This document shows positions 25,575 to 38,549 of a stretch of DNA of 64,000 nt, piece after piece. Position numbers and translations under genes: made by a program. Every line of letters begins with the position of its first letter. The stretch's first letter is position 1. This DNA comes from Octopus sinensis (taxonomy: Eukaryota): NCBI RefSeq assembly GCF_006345805.1, contig NC_043000.1, forward strand, positions 151,776,001 to 151,840,000, given 5' to 3'. Under the pieces are notes generated by a model, which saw only the letters and a list, made by a program, of their open reading frames with translations, did no database searches and was not told the origin of the DNA.

Positions 25575-26125
25575 CCAGCCAAAAATCTATGCCATGACAT
25601 GCTTAGGATGTGGTAACAACTATATTGGGCAAACAGGAATATCACTCCGTCGAAGAACCACTCTCCACAAAGAACAAATCCGCCACCCACAATACAGACA
25701 GTTACAGGTTAGTGGACACATAGAAAGGTGTGCTAGGAATCTATCAATGTTCACAGAACACTTCAATGCAACAAAGAATGAATAAAGAGGCAAGTTTCAT
25801 CAATAAATATCATCCCCAACTAAATATGAACACTTAACATAATACAGAACACTGCTAACCTTTCAATTAACATCACTAACCCCCATACATCCCTTACACC
25901 ATTCACATTACAATTCTATATCTAACCTAATTGCACCAAATCCAGAACTACTTACCTCCCTTACAAATAATCTTTTTTCTCTGGAACTATTAGGCCTGAA
26001 ACCGTCCATTAATCGGTGTGCATTCAAAGCAATGAATAATTGTATTCAAAGCAAAAATCAATGAATAGTTGTATTCAAAGCAATGATTAGTATCTTACGA
26101 AACCGGTATGCTTGAATCTCTTTAA
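25575..26125 (+). mobile_element. Penelope-like element 3' fragment (GIY-YIG endonuclease relic)
   Basis: YAMTCLGCGNNYIGQTG.SLRRR..LH matches the PLE GIY-YIG pattern; followed by AT-rich terminal-like sequence with gaaacc motifs. Confidence 0.8.
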
Positions 26126-26129
26126 TAAT

Positions 26130-26372
26130 TTCACAATAAGCTCCTCTCGAAGGAGAGGAGCTTTCTCCGTCCGGGTTGCGGATCCGTGGAACAAGCTGCC
26201 AGACGAGATGGTGAAGATGCCGACGACCGCTTTGTTCAAAGCCTCCCTTGACCTCAAGTGGCCTGAACTCTTTACATGAACACCACCCTGTACTTAACTC
26301 CATGTCCCCCTACATGGCCTTGCTATTTGCTCTTGAGCCAAATAACTAACTAACTAACTAACTAACTAACAA
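26130..26372 (+). mobile_element. CR1/L2-type LINE 3' end
   Basis: RRGAFSVRVADPWNKLPDEMVKMPTTALFKASLD, stop, short UTR, (CTAA)n tail. Confidence 0.85.
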
Positions 26373-26549
26373 TAATGACTTTTATTACTTATATTCCTAC
26401 CTCAGTTCATCTACTTGTATATATATTTCATTACTTTGCATAAAAACCTTTACTTTTTTTATTTATACTGTGCATTTTCATCTATTTTTCTTACTTTCCC
26501 CTTACGTTACCACGTGTAGTTTCTATTTTCTTTTTGTAACATATTTCTA

Positions 26550-26975
26550 TTGTATATATATATCTATATACATATATATATGTATATATATCTATATACA
26601 TATGTATATATATCTATATACATATATATATATATCTATATACATATATATATATATATATCTATATACATATATATATATGTATATCTATATACATATA
26701 TATATGTATATATATCTATATACATATATATATGTATATATATCTATATACATATATATATATATATGTATATATATCTATATGCATATATATCTATATG
26801 CATATATATATGTATATATATATATCTATATGCATATATATCTATATGCATATATATATGTATATATATATATCTATATACATACATATATATATGTATA
26901 TATATCTATAAACATATATATATGTATATATATCTATAAACATATATATGTATATACATATATATATGTATATAT
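26550..26975. repeat. Compound (TA)n-derived satellite with recurring tctatatacata units
   Basis: Direct inspection. Confidence 0.9.
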
Positions 26976-27314
26976 AAAAGTAATAAGAATAATGAAGTGT
27001 CCAGCAAGCTTAACCAAAATAGGTTAAATATACATAGAAATTAGTGTATAAGATGTACCAACTATGCTAGAAAGAAGAGCCAACTCTCCAAATCTGGTGG
27101 TACAAAAGATGAACTCAGTTGATACTGAGATGTCTGTACTTTTCTTTGTAGTTTTGCAAAGGTAAGGGTTATTTTTATTACATTCATTACATTAACCGTG
27201 CGTGTTTACTTATAGTGAGAAATATATGGCATTGAAGAGTCGACTCCTCTTCCCAGCACACCTGGTACATTTTGTACCCTACTTTATATATATGTATGTG
27301 TGTGTGTGTATACG

Positions 27315-27358
<44 letters not shown>

Positions 27359-27687
27359 ATCCATCCTTGCAACGAAGTAATGACTTGTTTCATGCCAAAG
27401 AAGACACTGCACTGTAAAGAGTTCGTCCTTTAGATAAAGGATGATAACATTTTTAAGAACATGTGTGATTTGCTTAACAACCTGTGCAGTGAACATTTAA
27501 TTTTTTTTTAATTCATAGTTATACAGTTTATTGTAAATTTCTGCTCTGGACTTTTCTAGGCTTAAAGTCACTGCGCAGCATGATGGCCAAGTGTCATGTA
27601 CTAAAACCCTGGCCCGACCAATGATTTATGAATGAATTTGATAGATGTAAATCGAATAAAAGCCTGACGTGTGTGTTTGTGTGTGTG

Positions 27688-27724
<37 letters not shown>

Positions 27725-27730
<6 letters not shown>

Positions 27731-28086
27731 TTACTCGTTTCAGCCATGTTACTGTAGCAATGCTGGAGCACCGGACCTATTCTTTGTCAGCCTAGTACTT
27801 ATTCTATCGGCCTCTTTTGCCGAACTGCTAAGTTACGGAGACATAAACACACCAACATCGGTTGTCAATCGAAGGTGGCGGGACTAACACAGACACACAA
27901 ATACAAACATACATATATTTATACATATGTATACGACGGGCTTCTTTCAGTTTCCGCCTACCAAATCCACTCACAAGGCTTTAGTCGGCCCGAGGCTATA
28001 GTAGAAGACACTTGCCCAAACTGTCACGCAGTGAGACTGAACCCGGAACCATGTGGTTGGTAAACAAGCTACTTATCACACAGCCA
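27725..28086 (-). mobile_element. SINE family B
   Basis: Family B body with internal deletion. Confidence 0.88.
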
Positions 28087-28134
28087 TTTCTGCACATCAT
28101 TTTCTGTGTCTATCTGTCTGTCTCTCTATCTCTG

Positions 28135-28135
28135 T

Positions 28136-28207
<72 letters not shown>

Positions 28208-28430
28208 GTAGGTAGATATATAGATAGTTATGTATGTATGTATGTATGTATATTGTTGTTTGTTACCCACTATCACCACATGACAACTAGAGTTGGACCG
28301 CGTATCATAGCAGCTCTGCAAAATAAACCACCGATAAAATAAGCACAGGAGACGATTTGTTTGGGCTAAAACCCTATATGGTGATGCTACACCATGGCCG
28401 CAGTCCAGTGAAGGAAACAAGTAAAAATAT
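28135..28430 (+). mobile_element. Old family B 3' half with expanded (GATA)n/(TATG)n tract
   Basis: Tail catggccgcagtccagtgaaggaaacaagtaaaa downstream of the microsatellite. Confidence 0.6.
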
Positions 28431-28904
28431 AAACGATATACAATCATGTTTTTTTTAAAAAAAAGACTCTTCAAGGGACGGTGCCAAAACTGAATGTTTT
28501 CTATAAGTCCCTTACCCCTGCTCAAGATAATCAAGTTGTAGGTCGTGGTCGGTTATGTACCCTCATTTGTCACATGAAATACGCCTGACTAGTTTCGACA
28601 TTTTTAGGGCAAGAAATGTGCCTCAGTTTCTTAACATTGATTTATTCATCTTCGCCTATATGGGTGATACAAAGGAAAAAAGGAGTTGGTGCCTTAATTC
28701 GTCAGTAGTTGGACAGTATTTAAGAATGCAATGTATTACATCTTTCAACACTGACCAAATATATAACAATCCAACACATTTCGCATGTCTTCAAGAAAGG
28801 GCACCGTTTGAAACGTCAAAATCCATCCCTTCTTGCGATATATGAATTTTATTAAGTGATTTTTGTTCTAGCATTGATTAGCATTAGTTTCCTCGGATTT
28901 CAGC

Positions 28905-28944
<40 letters not shown>

Positions 28945-29025
28945 CTATTATTATTATTATTACTATTATTATTATTGTTATTACTGTAGTTATTGTTATT
29001 ATTATTGCTGTTGTTATTATTATTT
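28905..29025. repeat. (TAT)n microsatellite
   Basis: Direct inspection. Confidence 0.92.
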
Positions 29026-29026
29026 A

Positions 29027-29390
29027 GGCGGCGAGCTGGCAGAATCGTTGGCACGCCGGGCGAAATGCTTAGCGCTATTTCGTCTGCCGCTACGTTCTGA
29101 GTTCAAACTCCGCCGAGGTCGACTTTGCCTTTCATCCTTTCGGGGTCGATTAAAAAAGTACCAGTTACGCACTAGGATCAATATAATCGACTTAATCCGT
29201 TTGTCTGTCCTTGTTTGTCCTCTCTGTGTTTAGCCCCTTGTGGGCAATAAAGAAATAGGTATTACGCTCGTCACTACGTTCCAAGTTCAAATTCACCGAG
29301 TTCGATTTTGCCTTTCATCCTTTCAGAGTCAATGAAATAAGTACAGCAATGTAATCGACTTGCATCACCCACCTCCAAATTTAAGGTTGT
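29027..29390 (+). mobile_element. SINE family A head-to-tail dimer
   Basis: Full unit then a second unit starting ggtatt at 29258. Confidence 0.85.
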
Positions 29391-29489
29391 GTAGAAAGGA
29401 TCATTATTGTTAAATGAAAGACTGACTGTTCTATTCGTATCATTTGTAATACTGTACATATTCTAGGCCAAAACAATTCTTTCTAATTT

Positions 29490-29880
29490 TGGTACAAGAC
29501 CAGCAATTTTGATGGGAGTTGGAAGCTGTAAACATCGACCCCAGTGCTTAACTGATATTTGTTTTATCGACTCCTAAAATAAAGGATGCAACGCAAAGAT
29601 GATCTCGGCGGGATTTGAACTCAGAATGTAAAGAACCAGTAGAAATGCTGCTATGCGTTTTGTTGAGTGCGCTAACAATTCTGCCAGCTCGCTGTCTTAA
29701 TAATCCTTCTTATTATGAGCAAAAGGTCTGAATATTACAACTTGTACTTATTTTATCGACCCTGAAACAATGAAAGGCAAAGTCAACCTCGATAGAATTT
29801 GAATTCAGAACGTAAAGACGGACGAAATGCTATTTAGCATTTTGTCCAGCGTGCTACAGGTTCTTCCAGCTCGCCACCTT
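29490..29880 (-). mobile_element. Two adjacent older family A SINEs
   Basis: Two heads (gccagctcg) at ~29690 and ~29875 with matching bodies. Confidence 0.8.
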
Positions 29881-29959
29881 ATATCGCCCAAATAAGAATT
29901 AGCATTCGATTGTTTAACACATCTTGCTGTGACGAGAGAGAAGATACTGTTTAATTAGC

Positions 29960-30342
29960 GACTCTCTTTACTCTTTTACTTGTTTCAGTCATTTGACTGC
30001 GGCCATGCTGGAGCACCGCCTTTAGTCGAGCAACTCGACCCCGGGACTTATTTTTTTGTAAGCCCAGTACTTATTCTATCGGCCGAACCGCTAAGTGACG
30101 GGGACGTCAAACAATGCTAGGGAGACAAACACAGACACACAAACACATACACACACATATATATATATATACATATATACGACAGGCTTCTTTCAGTTTC
30201 CGTCTACCAAATCCACTCACAAGGCATTGGTCGGCCCGGGGCTATAGCAGAAGACACTTGCCCAAGATGCCACGCAGTGGGACTGAACCCGGAACCATGT
30301 GGTTGGTTAGCAAGCTACTTACCACACAGCCACTCCTGCGCC
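29960..30342 (-). mobile_element. SINE family B
   Basis: Complete head to tail; possible 9-bp TSD tttaattag. Confidence 0.92.
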
Positions 30343-30794
30343 TATTTAATTAGTTTAAAGAACACCTAAATTATTTGACTGGCCAAAAAGCAACAAGAAA
30401 CTGCAGCCGCGTATATCATGAAATATTTAATCCGAATAAAAACAAAAGCGGTGTGTCTTAATGTGATGTGAGATTAAACGGAGATTAGCTTTTCGAGTTG
30501 AGAAGAAATATTCTTATTCCTTCTTTAATGTGTAGTCTTGTCTGAAGCAAAAACAATATTCTTTATTTCGGTAGCCATTCTTGTATCATAATGTATACAC
30601 ATTGTTGATGGGCCAGTTACTGCAGCATTTGTCTTGAGATAGCATCTGCCATGGACGTGCTGTGTTAAAAATACAATAAATATCAGAGGAAGACGAAAAT
30701 TCGTCCCAGCATTGACCAGCGAGAACCCCAGGCGCATTTCGGGCCACGTCACAAAAACATCGCTCACGTTTCTATTATGATTTATATCTGCACT

Positions 30795-31065
30795 GACATG
30801 GGTGTGTGGTTAAGAAGTTTGCTATCCGACCATGTAATTTCGGGTTCAGTCCCGCTGCACGGCATCTTGGGCATATGTCTTCTACTACAACCCCGAACTG
30901 ACCAATACCTTATGAGTGAAATTAACTTGGTGGACAGAAACTGTGTGGCATCTCGTCACATACATACATACATACATACATACATACATACAACATACAT
31001 ACATACATACATACATGCATGCATGCATGCATGCATGTATGTATGTATGTATGTATGTATGTATG

Positions 31066-31106
<41 letters not shown>

Positions 31107-31370
31107 GTATGTGTGTGTGCGCGCGTGCGTATGTGTGTGAGTGTGCGTGTATGCGTGTTTCTGTAGGCCATCACATGATAACTGGTGTTATTTTGTTTAC
31201 GTCTCTGCAATTAAGCGGTTCGGTAAAAAGACACCGATAAAGTAAATGCAAGACCTTTAAAAAATAAGTATTGGGTTCGACTTGACTTGATCGACTGAAT
31301 CCTTTAAGGCGATGCCCCAGCATGGCTGCAGTCCAATGATTAAAACAAGTAACAGAATGAAAGAACAAAT
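30795..31370 (+). mobile_element. Old family B SINE with ~200-bp expanded internal microsatellite
   Basis: Diverged head (gggttcagtccc), body and tail separated by (TACA)n(TGCA)n(TA)n(TG)n. Confidence 0.8.
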
Positions 31371-34027
31371 ACATAACACGATGCTTTTAAAGACTTTCCA
31401 ATCTAATATATATCGTTGCAGACCATCGTTAGCTAAGCAATTTAATGAGTATTTCTGTATAATCAAAGAAACCCAATTAAATTGGGAGACTTAATAGTCT
31501 CTCTCTTTATTTCTGAGTTCTCTTATTGGAGTACCTATATTTGAAAACAAGGAAATTAAGCTCGAAAACTGGAGAAAAATGTAAGGCATGCGACCACCCA
31601 ATTACAGTAGAACTGAAGACATATACAGTAAAGAGAAGAAAGGAAAGAAAGACGAAAGAAAATAATATTCAGTTACTTCTTTTTATAATTATACCTGTAT
31701 ATAAGTGTAAGTATCTAATAGATTAAAAGTTAAATTAACGATGAATTATAGGAGGAGAAAGTGTTCGAATTAATTCATTTTGTAGATGGTAAGCAATAAT
31801 ATGAAAATGTGTTTACATTCTTCAGGTAATGTTAAATGTGAGATATTTGCTAAGTAAAATTTAACAAATTGTTTTTTGCCTGTTCAGCAAAAGATTTAAT
31901 CTGAGATTGTGTGTTGAAATTAAATCAGTTGCATCTTAGAAATTATCGCCAGTTAAAATATTCTCGTGCCATCATGCTTTATTATTATTGTTTCCACCAA
32001 CAGCATTTAGTATTAAGTGTCAGTGTCAAAGTTCTTTCGCCAGAGTTCAATGACTCAGTGACTGAATAACATTTCACTGCAGCGCGATTATGAGTGACGA
32101 GGTCGTAAAAATACGATGAAATATTTTGATACTTTGTATTGTACACAATCCGAAAATAAAAGAAAAAAAAATACAATGAAATGAAAGGCATATGTTTGCA
32201 ACTTTTGTTTTGTTTTAGTCAAAATATTTAAGTGAAGAAAATAAAACTTCCAAATGAATGGATAAGAACAGGAAGGGAAAAGAAAAAGAAACGAAAGAAA
32301 AGAAACAAAAATAAAGAATGAATTTCACTTACAGCAAGTAGTAGAAAAATAGTATGGACAATTGATGTGTATGGTTTCATTTTCTGAGAATATGAACAAA
32401 GATTCATCCAAGTTGTTTAGAGGTTTTTTTCAGTCTTCTTAGTGAGGATCGCAAGTTGAGTCAATCGTCTGTTAAAACTGACAAGCAATATGAAGCTAGA
32501 AGTTGACGGGGGGCATAATTTATGTATAGTAAGATTCGGGGGCGAACAAAAAAATAGTTTTAAATATTTGGGGGAAACATATTTCCTTATATAGAATCGA
32601 CATATGTTTCGTTAAGAGTTACACAATTAACTTCCGGTTTATGACGTTTACGCCGTTTTCCAAAGCCTAATGCATTCATGTTTTGTTTTTGTTTGAGGAA
32701 GAAAAGGGAGAAGGTAAAATGTAACTGAATGTGTGCCAATACGTGTGTGTATGTGTGTGAATGAGAGAGAGAGAGAGAGAAAGAGAGAAAGAAGAGGTGG
32801 AGGAGAGGAGAGAGGAAGTGGGAGGTAAATGGAGAAAAATATGTTGTTCTGAGAAGAATTCGGCTTAGACAAATTTATTTAGTCATTTTCTATCATTTAT
32901 TGGATGTGTATGTTCTGTTTTTTCTTTTGTTTATTCTCCCCCTTGTCAAGGTCATAAGAATTTTGTATTTTATAATTAAAAATAATATTTGCTGTATTTC
33001 CTCAATTCAACTAATTTCTGTAAATAGAAATTAAATAATTGTGCATAAATTTCATAAAACAATCGTATATTAATAATTACCATTTTTAAAAACGTTTAAC
33101 TCATCCCACTAGTCTATGTTTAACCAAATTTATTTTTATATGACTGAAATAATTTTTAATGATATAATGAGAGTTCCGGCCAGACAAGCAAATAGGATCC
33201 AATCAAAGGGTCAGCAGTTCATATCAAGTCTCTGTTATGATCTTATCTCCCGTTAAAGAAAATTCTAAACATTCGTTAGCAAGTCTAATTCAGCTGTAAA
33301 TAGATACCACAAGTAGCCGAAGTTTAGTAGTATAAACAGTGGACGTACATTCTAATTGATAAATTCTTCATCAGCCTGAAATACCGAGCTCAAATCCACC
33401 CAGGATGAGTATAAAAAAGTAAATAAAACCTCGGTAGACTTGTACCCATTCCAAAGGAAGAACTATCTGTCAACAACTTATTGTTTCTAAAATATGTGTG
33501 ACACTTCCTAGTAAACAGTGGTAAATAAAACGAGAAGGAATAAAAAATAGTAAAAATATATAAGAATAATGGTATTAATTTTACTCAGCATATTACTTAG
33601 ATCTAAAATGACATCAAAGCAACTTATGGCATTTTAATGAATTTGGCAAAGAAATTACACGTATATATATTTTTATATTTCGGCCAATAAAATGGAAACA
33701 GTTACTTTTTTTAATTTTTTCCCTCTGTTTCTTTTTTATTTTTATCCTACGCACATGGCATATTATTTTGAGATTATGCCTGTGGGTTTGGCAAGAAGAG
33801 ACAAGTACTAAACAAATCTTGGATAGTTGTAATTTGTAAAGAATAAATTAAGAAGACTTCGGAGCAGAATTCCAGCACAAGTCCTGCTGTTATTCATGTT
33901 TACATCACAGCTAAATAAATAAATACATAGAAATTAAATTGCAGATTTTGCAGCAAAGTGGCATAAATGAAGACTTTTTAATGGATTTTTTTCGTCTTTT
34001 CATTTCCTTCACAATTTTAATATACAA

Positions 34028-34075
<48 letters not shown>

Positions 34076-34365
34076 CTCTCTGTCACTCCCTCCTTTTTTA
34101 ATATTTATCTAGTTGTTGAATAGTATAAACCGATTGTCATATATTACTGAATCGTAGAGGCACTTCATAGAAGAATTTGAACTTAACAAACAACAAAGCA
34201 CGTTCACTAAAATATTCGACACCTACACAATTTTATTTTACATTTATCGATGACTTTTGCACCTGCTTACAGTGAGATTAACCGAGTACCTGATAGTTGA
34301 GAAGACAGGGTACATTAATTCAGTTATCGTAGTCTGGCCTTAAACAAGCAACGATGTCTTTCAAA

Positions 34366-35096
34366 GGATCTTTTCCTTTTGAACGGCAGTTTGTAACATA
34401 ATTTCTAGGTAACTAAAAAGTTTTAAACTTCGTATACTGGTAGAATGTGTTTATAAAACATAATTTTCTCTTGGCTTTATTGAGAAAATTCTATAGTTTG
34501 TAAGATATTTCGTCTGAAAATCCGAGCATTTCGGCAATTTTAACCAATCGATTACCTCCATTGAACTAAAATCATTTGCTGCGTCTAAAACTGAGACAAC
34601 ATCCTGTAACTAACCCTAAACCTCCCCCTAACCCTAAATCTGTTTTCTTAATTGTTACGCGTATAAAAAAATTAAAACAATGGAAAATAATTTAAACAAT
34701 TAACAAACAAAATAATTCTATAATTTTATACACACGCTTTCCGTATACGTACGCCAATTATTTTCCATTGCTTTAGTTTTTTTACACGCGTAACAATTAA
34801 ATTAATTTGACAATTAACAAAAAAAAATTTAGGGTTAGGGTTAGGGTTAGGGGGAGGTTTAGGGTTAGTTACAGGATGTTGTCTCAGTTTTAGACGCAGC
34901 AAATGATTTTAGCTCAAAAGAGAGCATAGGATTGGTTAAAATTTGAAAAATTAAACTACGTTAAACAAACAAATTACAATTTTCTCAAGAAAGCCAAGAG
35001 AAAAAAATGTTTTATTTTGACACATTCTACCAGTATACGAAGTTTTAAAGTGTTTAATTAACTAGAAATTGTCTGCCGTTCAAAAGGAAAAGATCC
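34366..35096. mobile_element. Foldback TIR element with 8-bp TSD and TTAGGG-type repeats on both arms
   Basis: TIR GGATCTTTTCCTTTTGAACGGCAG, TSD CTTTCAAA, long imperfect inverted arms, (TTAGGG)4 at 34829-34852. Confidence 0.92.
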
Positions 35097-35504
35097 CTTT
35101 CAAATACTATTTTAAACCAAGAATTCGTTTACAACAAAATTCAAGTTTTCTTAAGCATAATTTATTAATTCATATATTGGAGCGTGCATTGAGTAATTAT
35201 CAACATTTGTCTATTGCTAAGCTTAACGTTTATTTGTAGTTTAAGCTTAAGAATGAAAATTCATCGATAATTGTGCAAGAAAAACGATGAAGTCAATGAG
35301 TAACGAATAACAAAAACGTTAGCACAACAGAGTGAACTTCACTAAAGGCAAGTTTAAGTCTATCATTGAAGTAATGCGTAGTGGGATTTGAACTCCAGAA
35401 TACAAAAATCCAGAACAGATACGACTTCTTTTACTGTTCCACCAATACACCAAATTTAGAATACAGGGAGTAGGAACAAATACAGCGAGGCACTCTGTCT
35501 ATTA

Positions 35505-35704
35505 CAGTGCTTTTCAAACTTTTTGCTGGAGCGGAACCCCAAGGAAACATTCCACTGGCTAGAGGAACCCCTGTGCAATAATTTAATAGTCTTTTGCACA
35601 CATATCTGCACAGGAGAATTAAAAATTACTGCCGATTTTAGCAGTTTTGTAACTTCTTGCGGATCCCTTGACTGTATTGGCGGAAACCTGGTTGAAAACC
35701 ACTG
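35505..35704 (+). mobile_element. hAT (Charlie-like) MITE
   Basis: TIR CAGTG(C/G)TTTTCAA, 8-bp TSD GTCTATTA. Confidence 0.93.
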
Positions 35705-36139
35705 GTCTATTACTCTAACGACTCTGCCTACGAGCAGTCGTATTTCATCCAGTGGTTTACTAGAACAGATTAAAATTGATGTCAATACTTTTAGGACAGT
35801 AGTAGGGAACCTATCGAAGCCAACTGCTGAGTTGTACTTAATTCTATTACTTTTTCCGATGGAGTTCGGAGTGCTGAAAGTTATGTCATGTATGTGGGTA
35901 TATAAGGGATTCCCTTCATTAATACAGATTAAGTCAACCACATCAAATCATCGAAAAGAGGGTGGTATTGCATTGTTGTGGAGAATGCTGTTTCATCAAT
36001 CAGTGAATCAATGGAAGAAACGACGGCTCTATCCTTGTTTTTGAAATTGAATAGAACACAGCACTTTATGGTTATGTATAATTTTTTTTAAAAGTTCGAT
36101 CTTCCTCAAAGACTCTTTGAGTATTTAATGATGGCCATA

Positions 36140-36555
36140 AGGCGGCGAGCTGGCAGAAACGTTAGCGAGCCGGGCGAAATGCTTAGCGGTATTTCGTCTG
36201 CCGCTACGTTCTGAGTTCAAATTCCGCCGAGGTTGACTTTGCCTTTCATCCTTTCGGGGTCGATAAATAAAGTACCAGTTATGCACTGGGGTTGATGTAA
36301 TCAACTTAATCCCTTTGTCTGTCCTTGTTTGTCCCCTCTGTGTTTAGCCCCTTGTGGGTAGTAAAGAAATAGGTATTTCGTCTGCCGTTACGTTCTGAGT
36401 TCAATTTCCGCCGAGGTTGACTTTGCCTTTCATCCTTTCGGGGTCGATTAAATAAGTACCAGTTATGCACTGGGGTCGATGTAATCAACTTAATCCCTTT
36501 GTCTGTTCTTGTTTGCCCCCTCTATGTTTAGCTCCTTGTGGGCAATAAAGAAATA
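36140..36555 (+). mobile_element. SINE family A head-to-tail dimer in a single TSD
   Basis: 18-bp TSD tatttaatgatggccata (36122-36139, 36556-36573); second unit starts ggtatttcg at 36372. Confidence 0.95.
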
Positions 36556-36749
36556 TATTTAATGATGGCCATACTATTTTGGAAATGATATTTTCCTCTG
36601 ATTCAAGTGTTGTTATTTCTGTCGAAAGAGGCTGCTGTTATTGGTAGTATTTTAGCTACTAGTTTTTGTTTGTTTGTTGTTTTTTATTGGGGTGGGGGTA
36701 CCAACTCTTTGTTTTCCTACTTAAGGGTTTTCTCTCCGGAGTCTACATT

Positions 36750-37260
36750 TATTCTTGTTTACGAGTTGTAATAAGTGTGGTTTGAGCATACGGTACAAAC
36801 TGTAGACTCAAATAACTACCACGATGCTGTGATGTCAGAGGAAGCGAATATGAAAGACCATTGAAGCGATAGTCCATGTATAATTGTATCCCAGCTTTGT
36901 GCAGATCCATGTCAAATGATTAGCTCGGGGTAAATGGATTCAATCTGATTAATTTTAGGATGTTGAAAAATGAGTACCGTGTCATGGCCTGTGAGAAGAG
37001 TTTTGGTTCAAAACACTTTTATTGTCTCTCAGTTCAGCACGAGTTGAAAAGTATCTATACTACTGCTTTGACTGAGGCTGAGGATTAAATTCCTGGCTTC
37101 AGAGTATTTGTAGGCCAATCCTCAAAAGAGAAGGTTGGAATTAACCATCATTTATATGCTTCCAGAGTTGCATAATTGGATGAAAAATTAGATTTATTTG
37201 AGACACTGTTAACAGCAGAGCCGATATGCTTGAGGAAGTCTAGCTGATTCTAGTTATAGT
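36750..37260 (-). mobile_element. Heavily decayed LINE reverse transcriptase relic
   Basis: DMDLHKAWDTI resembles the RT DxxKAFD motif; many stops. Confidence 0.35.
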
Positions 37261-37292
37261 AAGGTCAAAAACATGAGATTTATTCTCTAATG

Positions 37293-37511
37293 CAGTGGTT
37301 TTCAACCAGAGTTCCGCGGAACCTTAGGGTTCTGCCAGTACAGTCCAGGGGTTCCGCAAGAAGTTACAAAACTGCTAAAATCGGCAGTAATTTTTAATTC
37401 TCCTGTGCAGATATGTGTGCATAAGACTATTATATTATTGCACAGGGGTTCCTCGAGCCAGTGGAATGTTTCCTTGGGGTTCCGCTCCAGCAAAAATGTT
37501 GAAAAGCACTG
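37293..37511 (-). mobile_element. hAT (Charlie-like) MITE, same family as 35505-35704
   Basis: Same TIRs and interior, 8-bp TSD CTCTAATG. Confidence 0.93.
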
Positions 37512-37919
37512 CTCTAATGGAAAACGTTGACTTCGAAGTTTTGATGAGGATCAGCCTCATCAGATGTGAGTGAGCTCCATTGTTGCTAATAGTTACATGC
37601 ATAAGTTCTTTCTGTGGATGAAGCAAAATGAATGTCATGTAGGCAGAACGTAAATTTATGTAACATTGTGTTGGTCCTAGTTTTTGTATTTGGTTTGCAA
37701 GATTCTTGATGTAAGTTCGTGTGTTGAAACAAATTCTTTTGTGTCTTGAGGGAGTCATTACGTCATTAATGATAACACACGCACAGGTTCAATTCCACTT
37801 CTTTGTTGTTAGTAACAATAAAGTAACAGAATTGAACCTACGCGTGTTATTATTATTAGTGTAAAGAGTCTCCCTAGACACAATAAAATAGGTTGCTCTT
37901 AATTCGTAACTAAGATGTT

Positions 37920-37930
37920 TGAGAAGAAGA

Positions 37931-37968
<38 letters not shown>

Positions 37969-38300
37969 GAGGAGGAGGAGGAGGAGGAGGAGCAGCAGCA
38001 GCAGCAGCAGCAACGGCAACAGCAGTAATAGAAAAAGAAGAAGATGAAGAAGAAGTTGAAGAAGAAGAAGAGAAGAAGAAGAAGAAGCAGAAGAAGAAGA
38101 AGAAGAAAAGAAGAAGAAGAAGAAAGAAGAAAGAAGAAGAAGAAAAGAAGAAGAAAAAGAAAAAGAAAAAGAAAAAGAAAAAGAGAAGAAGAAAAAGAAG
38201 AAGAAGAAAAAAGAAGAAGAAAAAGAAAAAGAAAAAGAAGAAGAAAAAGAAGAAGAAGAAAAAGAAGAAGAAGAAGAAGAAGAAGAAGAAGAAGAAGAAT
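37920..38300. repeat. Compound (GAA)/(GTA)/(GGA)/(GCA) trinucleotide array
   Basis: Direct inspection. Confidence 0.95.
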
Positions 38301-38549
38301 TTATGCGGCGGGGCATAGGCATCTAGCTGTGTGTGGTAGGAAGATAGACATTCACACACATGTACACGCGCGCATAGTATTCTTGTCATAAACAGAATTC
38401 CATAGAAATATTTTAGAATTGAAATTCAATAATAATAATCAGTCGTGCGTGGAGTGAAAGAAAGACTTCAAAGAAAATAGAAGAAACACATTGAAGGTCA
38501 AATTAGAAAGAACGGATAAGTGTCAACACACTGCAGCACTAAAATTAGG

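Noticed and set aside
26470-27027. Long Tyr/Ile-rich ORFs
   Set aside because: Translation of (TA)n-derived satellite.
37789-38391. Poly-Lys/Arg/Glu, poly-Phe and poly-Ser ORFs
   Set aside because: Trinucleotide array open in several frames, with no splice or domain support.
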